Positions 36,983 through 43,549 of a stretch of DNA of 43,549 nucleotides are shown here, piece by piece (within the stretch, counting starts at the first letter, position 1; each line of letters begins with the position of its first letter). The stretch lies in assembly GCF_006345805.1 (NCBI RefSeq), contig NW_021831848.1:1-43549 (forward strand), given 5' to 3'. Both the position numbers and the translations under genes were made by a program. The notes under the pieces are model-generated. The model saw only the letters and a list, made by a program, of their open reading frames with translations, did not search any database and was not told where the DNA came from. The DNA comes from Octopus sinensis. Lineage: Eukaryota.

Positions 36983-37321
36983 CTAGCAGTATCGCCCGGC
37001 GTTGCTCAGGTTTGTTTCGACCCTTTAGAATTGAAATTTTTAAAAAGTAAAAATGTTGCATTATGTAGCTTGTTATTCTCTTTAAGTGAACATTTTTCTG
37101 GTTGAAATACACCGAAAAAAATCATTAAAAATAGGGATTTTCATGGCAAAAAAGCACCTTTTTGATGTAAATAATTTTTGGTGTTAACATGGTCCGATTT
37201 GAATTTTTTCTTCTACGGAATTTTGGTCAACTTGCTCCGCAGGGTCTCGGAAGAGATAGTGTTAGTTGAAGGCTACCAAACCTGCCACACACAGACAACT
37301 TCAGCTTTATATAGAGAGAGA
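36983..37321 (-). mobile_element. Non-autonomous Helitron
   Basis: Minus: A|TC 5' end, subterminal GC hairpin CCTGAGCAACGCCGGG, CTAG|T 3' end, no TSD. Confidence 0.75.
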
Positions 37322-37750
37322 TTAGTTTTGGCAAGGACTTCAAATTTCGCCTCACGGTTTAATCAACGAGTTGAATAAGGAGCTGAGCGAAACTTGGAGT
37401 TCTTGTCACAACTAAGTGCATAATATATAGGTGTGTGTGTATGTGCGTGAGTGTGTGCCTGTGTGTATATGTGTGTGTGCATTCACGTGATATACGCATA
37501 CATCATGTATATAAGCATACATGTACTGTTTGTAGGTGCACTATGGTCGAATGTTTAAGAAGATCGCTTCGCAACCAGTTTCAACCCCACTGTCTTACAT
37601 CGTCGGCAAGTGTCATTCCCAATACTTTCGAGTCGACTCTCATACATTGCGAGTGAAAATGGATCGACGGAAAGTGTGCGGAAAATGTCCAATGGATTTT
37701 GTAACTCAAAGGTACAACCTTGCCACTCACTGTCTGTCAGATATATGTGT

Positions 37751-38042
37751 GCAGAGGCACATGGTTAGAGCAGCGGACTCGCGGTCGAGGGATCGCGGGT
37801 TCGAATCTCAGACCGGGCGATGTATGTGTTTATGAGCGAAACACCTAAGCTCCACGCGGCTCCGGTAGAAGGTAATGGCGAACCTCTGCTGACTCTTTCG
37901 CCACAACTTTCTCTCGCTCTTTCCTCCTGCATCTTGCAGCTCACCTGCGACGGACCGGCGTCCCGTCCAGGTGGGGAACCTACACGCCAAAGAAACCGGG
38001 AAACCAGCCCTAATGAGCCAGGCGTGGCTTGAGAAGGAAAAA
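37751..38042 (+). mobile_element. tRNA-derived SINE (family 3) with 13-bp TSD
   Basis: TGGTTAGAGC A box, GGTTCGAATCT B box, core CCTGCGACGGACCGGCGTCCCGTCCAGG. CAGATATATGTGT at 37738-37750 and 38043-38055. Confidence 0.88.
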
Positions 38043-39208
38043 CAGATATATGTGTCTGTAAGTTGCTCTTCTACTTACACGCTAATTCAATGAACAGGAA
38101 ATTCTGGTGATTGACCGAATCGTCGAAACTGGCGCAGAACCATCTGCATTTATATGTTAGAGTCATCAAAATATAGACATAACAGGTAAAACAATAATAA
38201 ACCATATAACTAGGTCTAGTTCCCCAATTTAGGGGCCGGCCTTCGCAGTGTGTGTCCACACTAGGTATTTTTATACAAGGGAATGGTAGTATGTTGAATT
38301 TCGTCATAAAATCGGAAATGAGGGTTTAGTTAAGAAATAAACGAAAGTCTCTTGAAGAATAAACATATTCTAACCATTGTGGGAATGTTTTCACCCAATA
38401 TGATGTTTATATTTGTGTGTATGTATATGTATAGGAATACATGTGTGTATGTGTATACGTTGATAAGTTGTATATACATAAATATATACACACATTGAGA
38501 TGTATATACACACACATTGAGATGTGTGTGCGTGTGTTTATGTAAAGTAAATATTCATTAAGTTATGTATGTGCATTTAAGTTTATATATGTGTGTGTCT
38601 GTGCACATATAAATGATACTTATACATAGGTACGCTTGTGCACACACACACACACGCACACGTGTGTGTGTGAGTGCGTATTGGCATATGTATGAGTTTG
38701 TGCAAAGATTTTGCGCTTGCGCTTGACACATTCAGACTATCATATGTGCATATCTGCTTCCTGTCACATTTAACATTATGCGTGACACGACGTACAGACT
38801 GCATAACCTTCAGACATGATGACACTCTATAAGACGATGAGAGATTGTACATAATACTGCGTGTGTAATGTGTGTGCATGTGTGTTCACACACGCATGCG
38901 TGTTCACGTTGAAATTCGAACGAACACTTACGACCATAACTATAAACGCGCATACATCTAGGCAAGTACGCACATGTATACATACACGAATATACGTTTG
39001 GCACCATATTTATGGACTCACGTGCACAAATGCATAGGCATACACATGTACATATACGTATGCATTTATGCATTTGTACATACATTCATACATATACATA
39101 TGTGTGCGTGCGTATATATACGATCTGTTGCTAAAACGGTGGTAACCTAAGAATAAATATAATGCCTAGTTCTTTTACTAGTTTTGTGTGTATGTGCGTG
39201 CATGTATA

Positions 39209-39250
<42 letters not shown>

Positions 39251-39582
39251 GTGTGCATGTGTGTGTGTGTGTGTGTGTGTGTGCATGTGTGTGTGTGTGT
39301 GTATGTGTGTGTGCGTGTGTGACTAAACTTTGTTTTATCTCGGCATCTTGAAACCTGTAGTTGATGGGCTATGAAGACACTGAAATTGATTAGCTTGGTC
39401 TCAAGCCCAAAACAAGCGTTCTCGGCGACCCGGTGCCAAAGATATTTTTGGCGCCCATCTTAGTATATACGATAGATGAGAGAAAACGTTGCACTGTAAA
39501 ATTTGTTTCAACACACGAATTCACATCAAGAATCTTGCAAACCAAATACGAAAAACGAAGTATACACATACCGCATATATAT

Positions 39583-39655
<73 letters not shown>

Positions 39656-40689
39656 TAGAAGGTTTGGAGATGATGTACAGGTATTTTATATTAGAAGAAA
39701 TGAGGTACTCAGAATTCGGATGGTTTTATATTTACAGATATTTATTTGTATAATACATGTTTTTATACATAATATATCATATGTCATTTATCATATAATA
39801 GCGCTTTCGTCCATTCTAGTGGAATGGATGGACGGATGGATGGATTTAGAAAATTTGTTTCATTTATCTTTGAAATCTTCAAAATGTATGGAAGAAGCAT
39901 ATCGTAGATGTGCTTATATGTTTATTAAGAAGTAGAAATGTGAGAAAAAGAGGAAAAAAAGAAAAGCAAAAGCGGGCACTGACAGAGGGGTCAGTTTGGA
40001 TAGTGGTGAAGTATTGTCTGAAAACAAATCCGTTAAGTTCCATATTTATATAAAGGCAGAAAGCAAATTAGACGGGTAATGAGTTTGAATATGAGGTAAA
40101 AGTAAGGAAGTAACTTATATCAAAGTGTATGTAGTGTATAATTTCTAAATTACGAATGTGCAAATGAATATCAAGAGCAGCGGATTAAATTAAAAGGAAT
40201 TAATTTTCAAATGGGTGAAGTTAAAAGACAGAGTTGCAACTGTGAATTATGTTTTGTTAAAGTAATGAAAAGTTGCAAAGTTATGATGTTATGAAGTAAT
40301 ACAGAAGGAATAGGATATTTTAGAGAAAATATTATCTGAAACTTTAAGTTGACTATTGACTAACTGGAATAAAGAAAGATTATGAAAAATAATTATAATG
40401 AATTGTGTTTGGTAAGCTGGAAATAAGGATATTATTAACTTGGTATAGCTAAACGTAATATATTTTGAGAAGCCTAATTAGATGAAATGATTATATAATT
40501 GTACAATATAATAATATTATTCATTTAAATTTAATCCTAAGCTCTCGGTATTTTTCGGCACGTTCTTAATTTTAGAAATTTTTAACTGTTTAAACTTTGA
40601 TGTCTGTTACTTTTATCTAAATATTTCCTCGTTAAATTCAACCCCAATTACCAATCTATAATACCTGAGTCGGATTTAACATCGTCTTA

Positions 40690-40925
40690 AAAACACTGTA
40701 GAGATTACTATGATTGCTCTTCTGAATGCTGTGTATAAAATTAGTAAATTCTGTGGCTTGCTGCATATTGGAAAAATCAGACAAACATTAGTGGATCGTT
40801 TGAGAGGATTCTATCTCTTCATAATAAAGCTGTCGGCGGGCGGCATGACATCAAATTCGCAACTTGAAAATAAAAGGTTAATTCTCTATTGCAATTTCGA
40901 AGTTAGGAACCTAACGGCTCAACTC
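40690..40925 (+). pseudogene. Penelope-like GIY-YIG endonuclease remnant
   Basis: YDCSS then NAVYKISKFCGLLHIGKIRQTLVDRL (NxxYxIxCxxCxxxYIGxT..R), with a degenerate KLGT..PNGLN C-terminus at about 40900-40923. Confidence 0.65.
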
Positions 40926-41132
40926 TACTCTTCAAGAGAATAGTCCTATAGGTACAAATTGACACAAAAAACATACTTTGGGGCTTACATGTGTCTCGAC
41001 CGGCAAGAATAATGTGTCAACCGCTATCTACACATTCAAATTCTGAATTCCAACGTCATGCACAGCGTTTATGCGAAAAGACTGGTAAAACAAGCCACAG
41101 CAATACACCTGATATGAGTGAAGAAATTAAAT

Positions 41133-41220
41133 AATTAAAAACGAATGTAAAAATACATTACGAAGGATTATTGTTTATAATATATCCTTCGTAATGTATT
41201 TTTACATTCCTTTTTTAATT
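41133..41220. repeat. Inverted repeat at the end of the PLE remnant
   Basis: Perfect 26-bp stem 41143-41168 / 41184-41209, next to (TA)n. Confidence 0.8.
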
Positions 41221-41291
41221 TTATTATAATAATATATATATATATATAATATCATACATACATGTTCTTTTATTCTTTTACTTGTTTCATA

Positions 41292-42144
41292 CCATCTTAC
41301 TTGTATCGATACCACCTTCAACAACTGGAACGTTTCCATCAGATGTGCCTCAGACGGATCCATGGCATTAAGTGGAAGGACCGCATCAGTGATCTTGAAA
41401 TATTGGAAGGCTCTCGGTGTGAAAGTATAGAAGCTCTTGTGTTAAAGCAAATGCTCAGATGGAGTGGTCATCTGGTCAGAATGAAAGATTCAAGGATGCC
41501 TAAACAACTCTTTTATGGAGAGTTAGCTAAAGGAGAACGACCTCCACATAAACCAAAAAAGAGGTATAAGGACTTGCTGAAGGCTTCCTTAAGAGATGCT
41601 TGCATCTCTCCTGACACATGAGAAGGCATAGCTATTGATCGTAGCAGGTGGAGAAGGATTGTGCATGAGGGGACAGCCACTATTGAGAAATCTCGAGTTG
41701 CACATGAGAACGTAAGGAGGGATGTCAGGAAGGGCATCACTGTTACACTTCCAGAAGGGAAGGGTCTTCCTTTGGTTCTGACATACAATGTCTGTGCAAG
41801 ACCCTGCCTCAGTAAAGCTGGACTCATGAGTCATCTTCGTAGTCATGAAACGAGACAGATGAGTGACAACCTGGCCACTGGTGGTGTGTAACACACCATA
41901 CTAATCATATCTGTTGGGCATGTGGAAGAGAGTGTAATTCGGCAGGAGGACTTAAACGACATGCAAAGGTACATGAAGCCCAGTTACAACTACAGCCAGC
42001 TATTACCAGTAAAGGTTTTGGTTGCCAATTTTGTACAAGACATTGTAGATCTTTAGCTGGGCTAAAATTCCCACATTCGATCACAGCACCAGTAACAGTT
42101 AAGCTTCGTGCAATGGCCATACTCGATAACGAGGGGGCAGCATG

Positions 42145-42145
<1 letters not shown>
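41292..42145 (+). mobile_element. RTE-clade LINE 3' portion
   Basis: LERFHQMCLRRIHGIKWKDRISD...LRWSGHLVRMKDSRMPKQLFYGEL...PKKRYKD, then C2H2 fingers. 3' end abuts (TA)n. Confidence 0.9.
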
Positions 42146-42209
<64 letters not shown>

Positions 42210-42349
42210 ATATATATATATATATACACACATACACACACACGCATATACATATTATACATATATACATATACACATACATATACATATATATATATGT
42301 ATATATATGCATAAACGTATATATGTATATATATATATATACTATATAT

Positions 42350-42615
42350 AAATTTTAATCCAAACGGGAAAACAAAAAAACAACAACAATGGAACAATTA
42401 CAGTATTATTATAATAGGCGCTCAGAAATGGAAGCAGGAAGGTATGACGTTCGAGCGGAGCTCTTCGTCGGAAACATAAAGAAGGAAGAGAGAGGAAAGA
42501 AAGATCCCAAAGCGGGCAACAGGAGATAGAGAAAAAAAAACGACTGGTGTTTACGAGTTACACATGGTGAAAGGCGGAAGTTTACGATAACAAGAGCAAA
42601 GTAGGTTTTTAAAGC
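42350..42615 (-). mobile_element. PLE-like terminal fragment, HHR family A (degenerate)
   Basis: 42442-42475 minus: GTTT-CCGACGA-A-GAGC tcc GCTC-GAA-CG-TC|ATAC. 3' end TTTGGATTAA into (TA)n. Confidence 0.7.
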
Positions 42616-43549
42616 CAAAAGAGTGGAGACAAGGTTGGTAACGCAACAGATGTGTGTGTATGTGTGTGTGTGCGTGTGCGTGTATGTATGTGTGTGTGTG
42701 AGGCGAGATAAAAAAACAAAAAATATATGTATGAGTTAGTGTGTGCGTCTGTGTGTAGGCGTGTGAGGTAGGGCGAGACAGTGGTAGGCATAGCAGACAG
42801 TGGTCAGTAGTAAGAAAAAGAAGGAAGGAGGAAGGGAGGGAGGGGAAGGGGTGGGGCGTATGTAGCGTGCCAGCGTGTTGTGAGTAGTAGTGGTGTTGTT
42901 CCAGTGTCGTGGTAGTATTAATGGCGAGTAGATTGAATGTGTGTAAGAGTAATGTATATATTTAAGCAATGTGTGTATATGTGTGCGCGTGTGTGTAACA
43001 AAAAGGGGGGGTTAAGGAAAAAGGACTCCAGCTGAGGGAAGATGGAAGAGTGGTCCCGCGGAGACGGGCGTGGGAAAACCCAACGACAAAGCGACGGTCC
43101 ACAACAGAACGAGCGGGAGGTCTCGTCGGGTCCAAGAGCGAGGTGCATGCGGCGCGTATGCGTGCGCGAACCGGCGCAAGCGCGTGGTGCCGCGCCTGCG
43201 AGTATGCGCGTAAGTATGTATGTGTGTGGATGTGTGAGTGGTCTGTGTGTATGTCTGGGTGTCAGTGTGTCCGATGAATGTATGTGAGTATGTGTGTATA
43301 TATGTGTGTGCATAGATGTATGTCCGTGTGTGTGTGTGTGTGTGTATGTGTATGAGTGTGTATGTATGTACGTGTGGGTGTGTGGAAGTGTGTGTATGTG
43401 CATTGTGTGCGCGTACATACAGTGTGTGAGTGAGTGTGTGTGTGTGTATGTATGTGTGAGTGTGTATGTGTGTGTGTGTAGGATGCATGTATGTGTATGG
43501 GTGTATGTATGTGTGTGTGTATGTATGTATGTGTACGTGCGTGTGTGTG

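Noticed and set aside
37751-37820. tRNA gene
   Set aside because: The tRNA-like head continues into a SINE body flanked by a TSD, with no complete cloverleaf. The same applies to the other SINE heads.
38102-38139. TTCTG-GTGATT-GAC..GTC-GAAA...CAGAA hammerhead-like pattern
   Set aside because: The core is incomplete, there is no NUH triplet and no microsatellite-anchored tail. It overlaps a candidate exon.

Overview
AT-rich, microsatellite-saturated animal genomic DNA. The SINE families and repeat landscape look like Octopus/coleoid cephalopod (inference from recalled repeat families, not a database match). I recognise no intact host gene, and nearly all ORFs in the track are translations of (CA)n/(TA)n/(TACA)n/(GATA)n/(GAAA)n. 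The window is a mosaic of tRNA-derived SINEs, LINE remnants (a near-complete CR1-group ORF2, three RTE 3' ends, a Tx1-like 3' end), DNA transposon remnants (four mariners, Tigger/pogo, Chapaev-like, a hAT MITE, a Helitron) and two Penelope-like (PLE) GIY-YIG remnants. The most striking signal is more than a dozen type-I hammerhead ribozyme (HHR) motifs of several distinct sequence families, in short elements embedded in microsatellites. Several are head-to-head palindromes with an HHR on each strand. Most have palindromic (dimer-type) stem III, and some have compensated non-canonical cores (U3-A8, A3-U8). They look like a family of non-autonomous, microsatellite-associated, PLE-derived ribozyme elements. 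All folding was done by eye, and activity is untested.
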